Shown: positions 9,147 to 19,255 of the stretch, piece by piece | Numbering within the stretch: the stretch's first letter is position 1 | Layout: the number at the start of each line of letters is the position of its first letter | Origin: Candidatus Limnocylindrales bacterium | Lineage (GTDB): Bacteria; Moduliflexota; Moduliflexia; Moduliflexales; JAUQPW01 | Length of the DNA stretch: 64,000 bases | NCBI GenBank assembly: GCA_035559535.1 | Contig: DATMBG010000044.1 | Span: 124,001 to 188,000 of the forward strand | Reading direction: 5' to 3' | The notes under the pieces: generated by a model | The model's input: the letters and a program-made list of their open reading frames with translations, nothing else | What the model was told of the DNA's origin: nothing | Database searches by the model: none | Translations under genes and position numbers: made by a program

Positions 9147-10145
9147 TTATCCCCCTATTTGAGACATGGTCCGGGTCGTTCGTTTAAAGGAGTTGTCGTT
9201 GATATGATGTTTTAACTCTTTTCCTTTCACGGCCTTAAGTAGAATTTGTTCTAACTCCTCATCTGAACAGCCATTTCGGAGAGGGGTCCTCAGGTCAGTC
9301 TCCACCTGGGAGAATAAGCAGGTACGGAACATTCCGTCTGCCGTCATCCGGATTCGGTTACACGTGGAACAAAAGGGTTCACTGACCGGATTAATAAAGC
9401 CAATCTGACCAATACCATCCTCAAACTGATAATTTTTAGACGTAGAGCTGGGATCCTCTCCCCCCAGGGGAACCAATTTCATATACGTAGTGTTAATCTT
9501 CTCCAAAATTTCCTTCCCCGTCAGGACATCTTCTTTCCTCCAAATTCGATCCGCTTCCAGTGGCATAAACTCTATGAATCGAATAATGTAAGGTTTCCTT
9601 CTGGCCAGCCTGGCAAAATCAATGATTTCATCTTCTGTAAATCCCCTCATGGCCACCACATTCACCTTAATAGGCCGTATTTGCGGGTACTTTTCTAGCT
9701 CCTCCAAACCTTCCATGACTTTATGAAGGGCATTTCGTCGGGTAAGCTTGAAAAATTTTTCCTTAACCAGGGAATCCAAACTCACATTGATGCGTTTAAG
9801 TCCGGCAGCGGCCAAATCCCCCGCCAACTCCTTAAGAAGAAAACCGTTGGTCGTTAAACTTAAATCTTCAAGGCCTTCAATTTGAGATAATCTTCTAATG
9901 AGATCAGCAACCCCTTTTCGAACCAGGGGTTCTCCACCGGTTAGACGAATCTCCTTAACCCCCATCCTTACCACAATCCGAACAATTCGCTCAATCTCAT
10001 CAAAGGTCAACAGCTTCTTACTATCAAACCAGTCTAATCCTTCTTCAGGCATACAGTATACACATCGGAAATTACAACGGTCGGTTATCGAAACCCGCAT
10101 GCTTCCCATCTGTCGATTATAACTATCGATTAGCTTTAATTGCAT
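9147..10145 (-). CDS. moaA: GTP 3',8-cyclase
   Basis: CNFRCVYC, TGGEP, FCSTCNRIR...C and C-terminal IGG. Confidence 0.96.
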   Translation of the reverse strand: MQLKLIDSYNRQMGSMRVSITDRCNFRCVYCMPEEGLDWFDSKKLLTFDEIERIVRIVVRMGVKEIRLTGGEPLVRKGVADLIRRLSQIEGLEDLSLTTNGFLLKELAGDLAAAGLKRINVSLDSLVKEKFFKLTRRNALHKVMEGLEELEKYPQIRPIKVNVVAMRGFTEDEIIDFARLARRKPYIIRFIEFMPLEADRIWRKEDVLTGKEILEKINTTYMKLVPLGGEDPSSTSKNYQFEDGIGQIGFINPVSEPFCSTCNRIRMTADGMFRTCLFSQVETDLRTPLRNGCSDEELEQILLKAVKGKELKHHINDNSFKRTTRTMSQIGG

Positions 10146-10451
10146 AAATCCTGACCGCCTCCTGGAGATTCGTGCTGGTGATAAATCTCAAAATTTTTAT
10201 CTTCTTCCAAGGTTTTTGATAAGAATTTACACCTTTATGTTAAGATAATACCTCATCATTCTGGAGAGTAGATCGGTTCTATAAGTCGTCGTGAAAATGC
10301 AGGAATTTTAAAGGAGATCAGAAAATCCGAGCTTGCTTGAGCCTTTAAGTTTAACTGTAAGAACCTTATTTGACCAGAATGCGCTTTAAAGAAGTTAAGA
10401 TCCGAATTTGTAAGGTAGAAGGGCCTACTTCCGGGTAGGGCAAGTATGCCA

Positions 10452-10709
10452 TTAAGATGGAGGTTGAGTTTTTACTTTCTCCGGTTTGGATTCAGCCACT
10501 TCTACCCCTTTCGGTTGCTTGTTGGTCGATCCGGGTTTCTGAAAGCGTCCTTTACTACGTTTTTTGTTGCGCTTTTTGAAAGACTTGGGACCTTTTTTAG
10601 CTTCAGCCTCCTCAGGATTCGATCTATATTTACCATCTACAATCATCTTAGCTAAGGGAGAATCGGATTCCTTAGCCGCTTCCAATAATTTCTTTCCTAA
10701 GCTTTTCAT
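10452..10709 (-). CDS. Small basic hypothetical protein
   Basis: ATG preceded by AGGAGG; Lys-rich low-complexity 85 aa. Confidence 0.6.
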   Translation of the reverse strand: MKSLGKKLLEAAKESDSPLAKMIVDGKYRSNPEEAEAKKGPKSFKKRNKKRSKGRFQKPGSTNKQPKGVEVAESKPEKVKTQPPS

Positions 10710-10768
10710 TAAAATTTGCCTCCTAAAAATGAATTTTCTAAACTCAAGGTGTTAAGTTCTCTCGCTTG

Positions 10769-11611
10769 TCAGAAGACCATTTCCTTATGACGATGGGCAT
10801 GGCAATCCAGGTTCACGGCGACAGGGAGGCTTGCTATATGGCAAGGAAAAACCTCCATATGAACGTCTAAAGTCGTCACCCTACCTCCCATGCCTTGAGG
10901 ACCTATACCCAGGTTATTAATTTTTTCAATCAATTGTTCTTCTAACTGAGCATAAAAAGGGTCCGGGTGTCTTTGGCCCAGAGGCCGAAACAGGGCTTTT
11001 TTGGCTAGAAGAGCACTCTTCTCAAAGTTTCCACCAATTCCTACCCCTACGACCAGAGGGGGACAGGCGTTAGGACCGGCCTTTTTTACCACCTCCAACA
11101 CAAAATTCATAATACCTGGAAGACCATCGGCAGGACGTAGCATCCTTAAGGCGCTCATATTTTCCGCTCCCCCGCCTTTGGCCGCAACCATAATTTTTAA
11201 TTTATCTCCAGGTACAAGATCAATATGTACAATGGCCGGCGTGTTATCCTGTGTGTTTTGACGCCGTAAGGGATCACGGACCATGGATTTTCGAAGATAA
11301 CCTGTCTGATAGCCCTCTGCAACTCCTTGATTAATCGCCTCGATCAATCCAGATCCCTCGAAGCATACTTCCTCTCCCAGTTCTACAAAGACTACAGTAA
11401 CACCCGTATCCTGACACATGGGAACAAATTCTGCCGTAGCAATTTGTGCATTTTCTATAATCTGGGTCAATACTTCTATTCCAATAGGAGATTCTTCCTG
11501 TTGCAGAGCCTTTTGAAATCCAATGCTCATCTCTTCGTTCACCAAACAACAGGCTTCCATACACAACCTTTTTACAGCTTCTGTAACTTCCGACAGCCTG
11601 ATTTTCCGCAC
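10769..11611 (-). CDS. Fe-S fumarate/tartrate hydratase, alpha subunit
   Basis: PMCQDTG, KGGGAENMS, NACPP and CHIASLPVAVN motifs. Confidence 0.92.
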   Translation of the reverse strand: MRKIRLSEVTEAVKRLCMEACCLVNEEMSIGFQKALQQEESPIGIEVLTQIIENAQIATAEFVPMCQDTGVTVVFVELGEEVCFEGSGLIEAINQGVAEGYQTGYLRKSMVRDPLRRQNTQDNTPAIVHIDLVPGDKLKIMVAAKGGGAENMSALRMLRPADGLPGIMNFVLEVVKKAGPNACPPLVVGVGIGGNFEKSALLAKKALFRPLGQRHPDPFYAQLEEQLIEKINNLGIGPQGMGGRVTTLDVHMEVFPCHIASLPVAVNLDCHAHRHKEMVF

Positions 11612-11693
11612 GCTTTACTTATCCTCTCCTCCAACCCTTTGTCCCTGCAGGGAAGGAAGTTTCCCCTGGTCCCTGGTAGCAGGTCCGGTGAGT

Positions 11694-12842
11694 TTAATTT
11701 ATAATCTTGAGCACGGATTTCTCATAATTTACCATACTTAATTGAGCAGCCATGGCTTTGGCAATTTCCATAAACTGTCGGGCTTGCTGGGAATCAGGAT
11801 GGGATTTAATAATGGGAATACCTTGATCTCCTCCAACGGGAATATCCGGGTTAAGGGAAATTTCCCCCAGAAAAGGAATTCCGTATTGCTGGCTGGCCCT
11901 ACGGCCCCCCCCATGCTTAAAAAGATCAATCCTTTCATGGCAATGGGGACATTCCAGGTAGCTCATATTTTCGATAATACCTAAGACCGGAATATTTACC
12001 TTCTTGAACATATTAACGGCTTTAATCACATCGAGAAGGGCCACATCTTGAGGGGTTGTCACCACCACGGCTCCACTCACAGCAACCTTCTGAGCCAGAC
12101 TTAACTGAGCATCCCCGGTACCCGGAGGTAAATCCACTACCAGGTAATCCAGCTCTCCCCATTCTACATCGGTTAAAAGCTGATCAACCGCTTTACCGAC
12201 CATAGGTCCGCGCCAGACGACCGGGGTCGAAGTATCAGGTAGAAGAAATCCCAACGAAATAAGCTTTACTCCATAACGGATCGGGGGAATCATTTTATTT
12301 CCATGGGAAGGAGGAAGATCTTTAGAACTTACGCCCATCATCATCGCCAGACTGGGTCCATAAATATCTGCATCCATAAGTCCTACCGAAGCTCCACACT
12401 CGGCGAGAGCCACGGCCAGATTAACTGCTACGGTAGATTTTCCAACTCCCCCCTTACCGCTTCCCACCGCGATAATATTTTTGACCCCTGGAACCGGTGA
12501 ATGGTCACCAAATCCAGCCGATTGCACCCGTGAGGTCATCTTGACCTCCACTTGGGTAACCCCGGGAATCGCCATCACAGCATTTCGAGCTTCACTCTCA
12601 AGCTTCGCCTTGACCGGACAGGCCGGCGTGGTTAACTCTATGGTGAAACTTACCTTAGAACCCTCGACAGAAAGATCCTTAATGAAGTTTAGAGAAACCA
12701 AATCACGATGTAAATCAGGATCTTTCACTTGACTCAAGGCAGCTAAAACCTGAGCCGGAGTAATCCCATTTCCGGATAGCTCTTGACCATTTCCTGTCGG
12801 TTTCTCTCCCGACGAAGATTTTTTCGACCAGAACATGCCCAT
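11694..12842 (-). CDS. apbC: Mrp/NBP35 family Fe-S cluster carrier ATPase
   Basis: N-terminal DUF59-like domain (DPDL...TTPACP), then GKGGVGKS, DADIYGPS, DLPPGTGD and ENMSYLECPHC. Confidence 0.92.
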   Translation of the reverse strand: MGMFWSKKSSSGEKPTGNGQELSGNGITPAQVLAALSQVKDPDLHRDLVSLNFIKDLSVEGSKVSFTIELTTPACPVKAKLESEARNAVMAIPGVTQVEVKMTSRVQSAGFGDHSPVPGVKNIIAVGSGKGGVGKSTVAVNLAVALAECGASVGLMDADIYGPSLAMMMGVSSKDLPPSHGNKMIPPIRYGVKLISLGFLLPDTSTPVVWRGPMVGKAVDQLLTDVEWGELDYLVVDLPPGTGDAQLSLAQKVAVSGAVVVTTPQDVALLDVIKAVNMFKKVNIPVLGIIENMSYLECPHCHERIDLFKHGGGRRASQQYGIPFLGEISLNPDIPVGGDQGIPIIKSHPDSQQARQFMEIAKAMAAQLSMVNYEKSVLKIIN

Positions 12843-13357
12843 CGATTTATCTGACCTAAAGCCTCATACAGAATCCGGGGAATTTCCTGATCATCTTCCC
12901 ATGACCTCTTCCTCTTTAATTCCTGTATGGCGCTTTAGATCCTCGATTAAGGATCCTTTAAAAAATCTCTTAAATTTTATCCTCTCTCCGTATTTATCTC
13001 CTAGACCAGATCCCGGTCCCTTCATCCTCTACTTTAAAACGGCTGGATTGTAGAAGAACTGGAATTTTTTCTCACCTCGGTTGATCTTCCACTGCAGGTC
13101 TGGTCGGGTTAAATCCATGACTTGACTCTTTTCGGAGTTGGAGTATGGAAATTCGGGGAGATCTTCACTGACTCTCCTGTATTAGGATACGGTCAGGGAC
13201 GGTTTTTGTCAAGGAAAAGAAATCCTACTTGACAAAGCAAAGTCCAAGCTGTTAATTTCATAGCTAACAAAGATATTTGCTAAAACTTCATGCGTAATAG
13301 ATAGAGCGGCAAATGGCTTATCTATCTATTAGGCAGGACTGAGATCATAACCTTTTC

Positions 13358-13804
13358 ATGGAACCCTTACCAATCGGTATCGATGCACCTCGATTCTCCC
13401 TTCCGGCAACAGGTGGAGGAACCGTAGCCCTGGAAGATTTTTTGGGTCGAAAAAATCTGGTTCTCGTTTTCTACTGCAAAAATAAAACCCCAGGGTGAAA
13501 TAGACAACTCTCATCCCTGCGGGATGACAAGGAACAATTCGAACAATTGGATACGGAAATTCTAGGCATTAACCCGGGTTCTCTTAAATCCCATGAGAAT
13601 TATGTACGGGATCTTCAACTCAATTTTAAACTCCTGAGCGATTCTCAATGTACCATGACCAGGGCCTATAATGCCCTCAAAGAAGATGGTAAAAGTGTCC
13701 AGAGAACCGTTTACATTATAGATAAAACCGGAAAGATTCGATATGCAAAACAGGGTATGCCTTCAGATCAGGAACTTTTAGAAACTCTTAAATCCCTGGG
13801 TTAA
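13358..13804 (+). CDS. Peroxiredoxin (BCP/PrxQ-like), probable selenoprotein with in-frame TGA at 13496-13498
   Basis: ATG at 13358 gives MEPLPIGIDAPRFSLPATGGRTVALEDFLGRKNLVLVFYCKNKTPG(U)NRQLSSLRDD..., in frame with the tracked 13547..13804 ORF (RTVYIIDKTGKIRY). The TGA occupies the peroxidatic Cys position of the TPGC motif. Confidence 0.88.
13511..13527 (+). promoter_or_regulatory. Candidate bacterial SECIS hairpin
   Basis: tcatccc-tgc-gggatga stem-loop beginning 12 nt after the in-frame TGA, with a G in the apical loop. Confidence 0.6.
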
Positions 13805-13834
13805 ATCTTTGAGACTTTTGAAAAGCTTGAAAAG

Positions 13835-14158
13835 ATGGAATGGCGTGAACTAAATCGGTTAAAGAAATTCTCTGACGAGAAGTTTCAAAAGATCAATGTG
13901 TTTGAAAGCGAACGAATGTTTTGCGATATTTACTGTTTCAAACCGGGCCAGGAACAAAAAATCCATAAACATGAAGGCTCCGACAAGATTTATTACATCT
14001 TAGAAGGGCAGGGTCGCTTCAAAGTTGGATCTGAAGAAAAAGAGTTTCGAGCCGGAACATCCATCTGGATTCCCCCAGGAGTTGAACACGGAGTCAGAAA
14101 CTCAGGATCGGACCCTCTGGTTACCCTGGTCTTTATGGCTCCTAAACCCTCCCACTAA
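13835..14158 (+). CDS. Cupin domain protein
   Basis: HKH...EGQG...PPGVEHGVRN cupin motifs. Confidence 0.88.
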   Translation: MEWRELNRLKKFSDEKFQKINVFESERMFCDIYCFKPGQEQKIHKHEGSDKIYYILEGQGRFKVGSEEKEFRAGTSIWIPPGVEHGVRNSGSDPLVTLVFMAPKPSH

Positions 14159-14193
14159 ACTTTATAGATAACAGGGGCTGATGAACTGAGGAA

Positions 14194-14595
14194 ATGGCTG
14201 CAAAAATTTTCACTCTTGAAGAAGCTAACCGATTAATTCCGCAATTACGGGCTATCTTAACAGGAATCATGGAGAAGCGAGACAAAATCGCCGCCCGGCA
14301 AAAGGAAGTTTATGCGATTCGCAGGATTATAGACGGTAATGGGCATAATCCAGAAGCTTTAGGCTTCGCGGCCAAGGAACGGGAGTTAAAAGAGCTGATC
14401 AACCAACTCAATGAAGATATTGAAAAGATCAACAGTTTAGGATGTGAACTTAAAGATATTCACCTGGGTTTAGTGGATTTTCGCTCTATTCGGGAAGGAC
14501 GAGAGGTTTACCTGTGCTGGAAGTTCGATGAAGATGAGATCAGTTTCTGGCATGATCTCCACACCGGATTTGCCGGTAGACAACCCCTTTTTTGA
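14194..14595 (+). CDS. DUF2203 family protein
   Basis: FTLEEANRLIP ... KDIHLGLVDF ... YLCWK ... WHDLHTGFAGRQPL. Confidence 0.88.
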   Translation: MAAKIFTLEEANRLIPQLRAILTGIMEKRDKIAARQKEVYAIRRIIDGNGHNPEALGFAAKERELKELINQLNEDIEKINSLGCELKDIHLGLVDFRSIREGREVYLCWKFDEDEISFWHDLHTGFAGRQPLF

Positions 14596-14612
14596 TAAAT
14601 GAAGATATAAGA

Positions 14613-14732
14613 ACATGGGGACTGGGAGATGTGGGGGTTTTGGAACACGGAGACGCGGGGACTGGGAGACGCTTCAGATTTCCCCGCGTCTCCGCGTACC
14701 TGTGTCCCCGCGTTCCAAAATCCCGCGTCTCC
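14613..14732. repeat. 8-nt short tandem repeat array with inverted halves (ggagacgc-type)
   Basis: ...ggagacgcggggactgggagacgc... followed by ccccgcgtctccgcgt...cccgcgtctcc. Confidence 0.7.
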
Positions 14733-14750
14733 ATATTATATATTATTTCA

Positions 14751-15053
14751 TTGAATCTTCCCTTTAAAAAACAGGTTCTTATTTGCGTGGGTCCCCATTG
14801 TGGGGGTCGGCGTGGCTCAAGTAAAATTCGATCTGCTTTTCGCCAGGAGATCCTGGTGAGAAGGCTTCACGACGAAATCAAAGAGACCCAGTGTATTTGT
14901 TTTGGATTGTGTAATTTCGGTCCTAACATTGTTATCTATCCCGATGGGATCTGGTATCACGGAGTTACCCCGGAAGATGTTCCTGAAATCATAGAAGATC
15001 ATCTCATAGGTGGAAAGGTTATCCAGCGACTTCTGTTTAACGAATCTACTTAA
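14751..15053 (+). CDS. Thioredoxin-like [2Fe-2S] ferredoxin
   Basis: CVGPHC...CFGLCNFGPNIVIYPDGIWY. The tracked N-terminal extension is repeat-derived, so TTG at 14751 is taken as the start. Confidence 0.8.
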   Translation: MNLPFKKQVLICVGPHCGGRRGSSKIRSAFRQEILVRRLHDEIKETQCICFGLCNFGPNIVIYPDGIWYHGVTPEDVPEIIEDHLIGGKVIQRLLFNEST

Positions 15054-15131
15054 ATCTGAGGTGAGAACAGGCAGAAATGGGTAGAAGGGATCGGCCGGGC
15101 TGCCTTACTACCCAGTTCCTAACTAAAGATC

Positions 15132-16496
15132 ATGCCGTATGACTTGTTACTTAAGAATGGAATCCTCACAACGGATTATGGGGTCTTTAAAGCCGACGTA
15201 GGAATAAAGGACGGGAAGATAGCTTTTCTAGGAAATCTGGATTCGCCCTTTCCAGGGGAAGTCCGGGAAACGATAGACCTTCAAGGTAAATACCTTTTCC
15301 CCGGTGTTGTAGACCCTCATTGCCATTTCGGTGAACCCGGCACAGCCGAGCGGGAAGATTTCGGTACAGGTACTCGAAGTGCCGCAGCAGGAGGGGTTAC
15401 GACTGTTATTGAAATGCCGCTTTGCTTTCCCCCCACAGATAACCCTGAGCACTTCTACCTCAAGCTAGCCCTGGCCCAGGAAAAAGCTGTGGTGGATTTT
15501 AGCTTGTGGGGAGGTCTGGTTCCGAATAATCAGGAAGAAATCCCAAAGCTTTTTGAATTGGGAGTTCAGGCCTTTAAAGCCTTCATGTGCTATACTTCTC
15601 ACTATCCTCAGGTCACAGATGGAGAGCTCCTGCAAGGGATGAAAATAATCGCCGATCTGGGCGGGTTAGTTGGTGTTCATGCCGAGAATGATGGAATTAT
15701 CAAATATTATACCCAACAGCTCAAAAAAGCCGGACGTACCGATGGTAAAGCCCATGCTGAAGCACGTCCTCCCATTGCAGAATATGAAGCCATCTCCCGG
15801 GCCATTCTTTTGGCTAAAGAGGCTGAAGTAAATCTGCACATTCTCCATATGGGAATTGCCAGTGGAGCTAAACTCATCCACGAAGCAAAACAATCGGGAA
15901 TTCCCGTAACTTTTGAAACCTGTCCCCATTATTTAACCCTGACGGAGGAGGATCTTCTTCGACTGGGGCCTTATGCCAAGTGCAATCCGCCTCTGAGGAG
16001 CCGGGAAAATGTAGACGCACTTTGGGAGTATGTTCTCAATGGGACCCTGGATATGATCGTCTCCGACCATGCTCCTTATACCATTGAAGATAAAAATAAG
16101 GGTTGGCAGGAAATCTTTGCAGCTCCCTCGGGTATTAACGGAATCCAGACTCTACTGCCTCTAATGATCAGTGAAGGCGTCCACAAACGCGGCTTGAACC
16201 TCGTTCACTTAGTCCGTCTCGTCTCGACCAATCCTGCCAGGCGGTTCAAATTGTATCCTAAAAAAGGAACCATCCGTATCGATTCAGATGCAGATCTGGT
16301 AGTTGTGGATCTGGATGCCCCATGGACGGTTAAAAAAGAAGATCTCTTCTATAAAAATCTCTGGAGCCCTTACGAAGGATGGACCCTCAAGGGAAAGGTT
16401 CTTACGACCTTCGTCCGTGGAAAAAAAGTCTTCGAGGAGGGGAAAATCCTTGCAGAACCCGGCTACGGTAAATGGATAGCCATGGGAAGCAGCTAA
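15132..16496 (+). CDS. allB: Allantoinase/dihydroorotase-family cyclic amidohydrolase
   Basis: DPHCH, AAAGGVTT, FKAFM, HAEN, ETCPHYL, KCNPPLR and SDHAP motifs. Confidence 0.78.
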   Translation: MPYDLLLKNGILTTDYGVFKADVGIKDGKIAFLGNLDSPFPGEVRETIDLQGKYLFPGVVDPHCHFGEPGTAEREDFGTGTRSAAAGGVTTVIEMPLCFPPTDNPEHFYLKLALAQEKAVVDFSLWGGLVPNNQEEIPKLFELGVQAFKAFMCYTSHYPQVTDGELLQGMKIIADLGGLVGVHAENDGIIKYYTQQLKKAGRTDGKAHAEARPPIAEYEAISRAILLAKEAEVNLHILHMGIASGAKLIHEAKQSGIPVTFETCPHYLTLTEEDLLRLGPYAKCNPPLRSRENVDALWEYVLNGTLDMIVSDHAPYTIEDKNKGWQEIFAAPSGINGIQTLLPLMISEGVHKRGLNLVHLVRLVSTNPARRFKLYPKKGTIRIDSDADLVVVDLDAPWTVKKEDLFYKNLWSPYEGWTLKGKVLTTFVRGKKVFEEGKILAEPGYGKWIAMGSS

Positions 16497-16500
16497 ACGC

Positions 16501-16899
16501 TCATTCTAGAAATCGTTCTTTCAATTCCGGGGTCGGAACCCGGCACGTTTCCGTTTTACCAAACCAGCTATAACGATTTCTGGCAATGAAGTCATAAACC
16601 GCATCACGAATAAACGGTGGAACTACAATAAAAATGTATAACAGGGGCCAGAGTCCCTGTAACCTCTTGGCTATTCGCAGAGCCGCTGCCGATCTGGTAT
16701 AAAACTTTTCCCCCTCTATAAGAATCAGGGTATCCAGGGCTGTTGGGGAAAGATTAAATTTTTTCAATAATCTTTGACCGGCTTCGGATTGTAAAGGCGC
16801 AAAGCGAATATGTTTTTCTGGATCTCGATCCATGACAAAGTTTACACTGGCATTGCAAAAATTGCAAACCCCGTCGAATAAAACGATGGCCTGGTCCAT
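16501..16899 (-). CDS. DCC1-like thiol-disulfide oxidoreductase
   Basis: LFDGVCNFCN, FAPLQS and YDFIARNRYSWFG motifs; start at MDQAIV. Confidence 0.9.
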   Translation of the reverse strand: MDQAIVLFDGVCNFCNASVNFVMDRDPEKHIRFAPLQSEAGQRLLKKFNLSPTALDTLILIEGEKFYTRSAAALRIAKRLQGLWPLLYIFIVVPPFIRDAVYDFIARNRYSWFGKTETCRVPTPELKERFLE

Positions 16900-16910
16900 A
16901 CCCTGTCTTT

Positions 16911-17453
16911 TTACTTTAAACGTTCCCAAACCAGGATCAGAATCTGCTGATCACCGGCTTGCTGGAAGGGAGGGGTTTTAAGTGTCAATCGATCTCCGGA
17001 AAACTCGAAGAATCGTTTCTGATCGGTGCCGATCCAATTGGGATACATACTGAGCTTCAAATGATGAACCACAAAACCTCCTTTTTCGTTAACTTCGTAA
17101 GTACCGCAGTAGGCAAAATACCCCTCGAAAGCTGACTTTATCTCTTCGGGAGTCCCCCCTAAAAAGTTATTGGAAGCAAACTTTGGGCGATTGGCACGGG
17201 TCAGTTGTACACACATGTGACCTTTCCCATCATACATGATCCAACCATCGGCATCGGGACCCATAGGATAGCTTACCTCTCCATTGGATTTTACCTGTTG
17301 GAAAGAAACCAGCTTCCAGGTCCCTGTAAATTGTTCCTCTGATTTTCCCAAAGACTTGGGGGAACCTGAAGAAGATTCCTGTTGGCCCAGGGCATAATTT
17401 GTAACCAAAATGAAACCCCCAATAAGAACCGCTATATGGAGATATTTCTTCAT
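16911..17453 (-). CDS. Secreted lipocalin-like domain protein
   Basis: Signal peptide; GTWKLVS, G-x-IMYD, AYCGTY, PNWIGTDQKR and LVWER motifs. Confidence 0.85.
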   Translation of the reverse strand: MKKYLHIAVLIGGFILVTNYALGQQESSSGSPKSLGKSEEQFTGTWKLVSFQQVKSNGEVSYPMGPDADGWIMYDGKGHMCVQLTRANRPKFASNNFLGGTPEEIKSAFEGYFAYCGTYEVNEKGGFVVHHLKLSMYPNWIGTDQKRFFEFSGDRLTLKTPPFQQAGDQQILILVWERLK

Positions 17454-17599
17454 AGACCTATCCCTGTCGTTACCCTCCGGGGAAACGCCTTCAATCCTCT
17501 ACCTGAAAGGAGGCTGAGGGAGTTCCTGAGGTCATATTCATCTATCTTTTTAACTCCAGGCCTTCATCCCCAGCCTCCCCCAGGCGCCAAGACAAGAAG

Positions 17600-17730
17600 G
17601 TTAGCCCCGGCGGGGCAACCTGTTTCCCAGGTCGCTCCTCTGGAACCTGAAAAAAATTCTGACTGACTGAAACCCCCGACTTGCGTCAGGGGCTACCCAC
17701 GGTTCGCCCCTGACGGGGCTTTTCAGCTTA
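17600..17730. repeat. REP-like palindromic element
   Basis: gccccggcggggc ... caggggctacccacggttcgcccctgacggggctttt. Confidence 0.55.
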
Positions 17731-17841
17731 ACCTGGCGCATAGGGGGTGTAGGGGCGAAGGTAGAACAGTTATTCAATTTAACTCTCGGCTTTGGTTCAG
17801 CATAAATAACAGGAAGATTTTCGATTACAAAGTCCATAGGA

Positions 17842-19188
17842 TTATTCTACCACCAATTTCTTCACCATCTCGTATAACATCCGGGTGCCGAATCTTACAT
17901 TTTCTACTGAGATGCGCTCATCGTTTCCATGGAAGAGGGCCAGATCCTGGTCGGCAAGTTTAAAAGGTACGAATCCATAGCTGGGAATCCCCTTTTTTCG
18001 GAAGTAATGAGAATCGGTAAATCCGACCAGAAGGGGTCTGGTCACTACCGCTCCGGGATGGTATTCTTTGGCAATCTCCCGAATGACTCGGATGAGTTCT
18101 GAATCGGCCGGAGAGGCACTGGTTGGGGTAAAAGCCAGAATAGGTTCAATGTTGATGGAGTCATCTTTAATAACCTTCCGAATCTCTTCCAGAAAGGCTA
18201 CAGGATCCTCGCCGGGGAGGAGTCGGACATCAATCTGAGCGGAAGCTTCCGGTGGAATAACATTGATTTTGTTCGAGCCTTCCAACATGGTTACTGAAAT
18301 AGTATTCCGAATTTCAGCGTTTGAACGGAGGTTCCTGGTAAACTGGGCGACAAAAGCGGGATCCTGGAGGGCCGATTTCAAATCCTTTAACTTTTCTCGA
18401 AAAGGCCCGGGTGCAAAATCGGCAAGATCGGCATAAAAACTCTGAACATCCGGGACTACCTTAATAGGGGTTTGATATTCGAGGAGTCTATGGAGCGCCT
18501 CGATTAATTTATTTACCGATGAATCGGCTCTGGGCATTGACCCATGACCAGGGGTACCTGTAGCCGTCAATCTTAACCAGAAGGGGGTTTTTTCAGAGAC
18601 TGCTATACCATAATGTTCAACTTTTCCATCCCTCACGTAGATCCATCCAAACTCGTTCAATACAACCCCTGCATCCCGGATAAGGTCGAAGTGTTGATCA
18701 ATCATGTAACCGACACCGTAGCGACCTCCGGCTTCTTCATCGGCTGTTCCCAAGAAGATAACGTCTCCTTTCAAAGGAATCTCCTGGCGTTTTAGAATCA
18801 AGACGGTCATGAGTTCTAGAATTCCCATTCCCTTCATGTCGATGGCTCCCCGTCCCCAAATATAGCCATCCTGGATCACGCCACTGAAAGGTTCCATGGA
18901 CCAGAACCGCCGATCTGCCGGAACGACGTCCATATGATTCAACAAAATGATCGGTTTCTTCGAGCCATTTCCTTTAAGACGAACATAGATGTTTCCTCGT
19001 CCAGGTGCCGACTCAAAGATCTGGCTTTCGATTCCTTCCCGATCAAAAATAGATTTGAAAAATTGGGCGGCCAGAATCTCGTTTCCAGGTGGATTGGTCG
19101 TGTCAATTTGAAGATACTGGCTTAGAAGAGAAATGGCTTCTTCTTCCAACGCTTTCCAATCTGGACTGCCTTCTTGGTACTTTACCAT
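17842..19188 (-). CDS. M20/M25/M40 family metallopeptidase
   Basis: HMDVVPA, GRGAIDMKG, ADEEAGG, GHGSMP and HGNDERI motifs. Confidence 0.92.
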   Translation of the reverse strand: MVKYQEGSPDWKALEEEAISLLSQYLQIDTTNPPGNEILAAQFFKSIFDREGIESQIFESAPGRGNIYVRLKGNGSKKPIILLNHMDVVPADRRFWSMEPFSGVIQDGYIWGRGAIDMKGMGILELMTVLILKRQEIPLKGDVIFLGTADEEAGGRYGVGYMIDQHFDLIRDAGVVLNEFGWIYVRDGKVEHYGIAVSEKTPFWLRLTATGTPGHGSMPRADSSVNKLIEALHRLLEYQTPIKVVPDVQSFYADLADFAPGPFREKLKDLKSALQDPAFVAQFTRNLRSNAEIRNTISVTMLEGSNKINVIPPEASAQIDVRLLPGEDPVAFLEEIRKVIKDDSINIEPILAFTPTSASPADSELIRVIREIAKEYHPGAVVTRPLLVGFTDSHYFRKKGIPSYGFVPFKLADQDLALFHGNDERISVENVRFGTRMLYEMVKKLVVE

Positions 19189-19255
19189 AGGACCTCCTTC
19201 TCTATTATAAACCCTTCTATCGGTTTCCAGAAGTACTTCCCTTGTTTATCGGCGG

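Noticed and set aside
12843..13200. Short ORFs upstream of apbC on both strands
   Set aside because: No recognisable motif or convincing RBS; frames are interrupted by stops.
17382..17837. ORFs 17382..17666 and 17601..17837
   Set aside because: Largely translations of REP-like palindromes.
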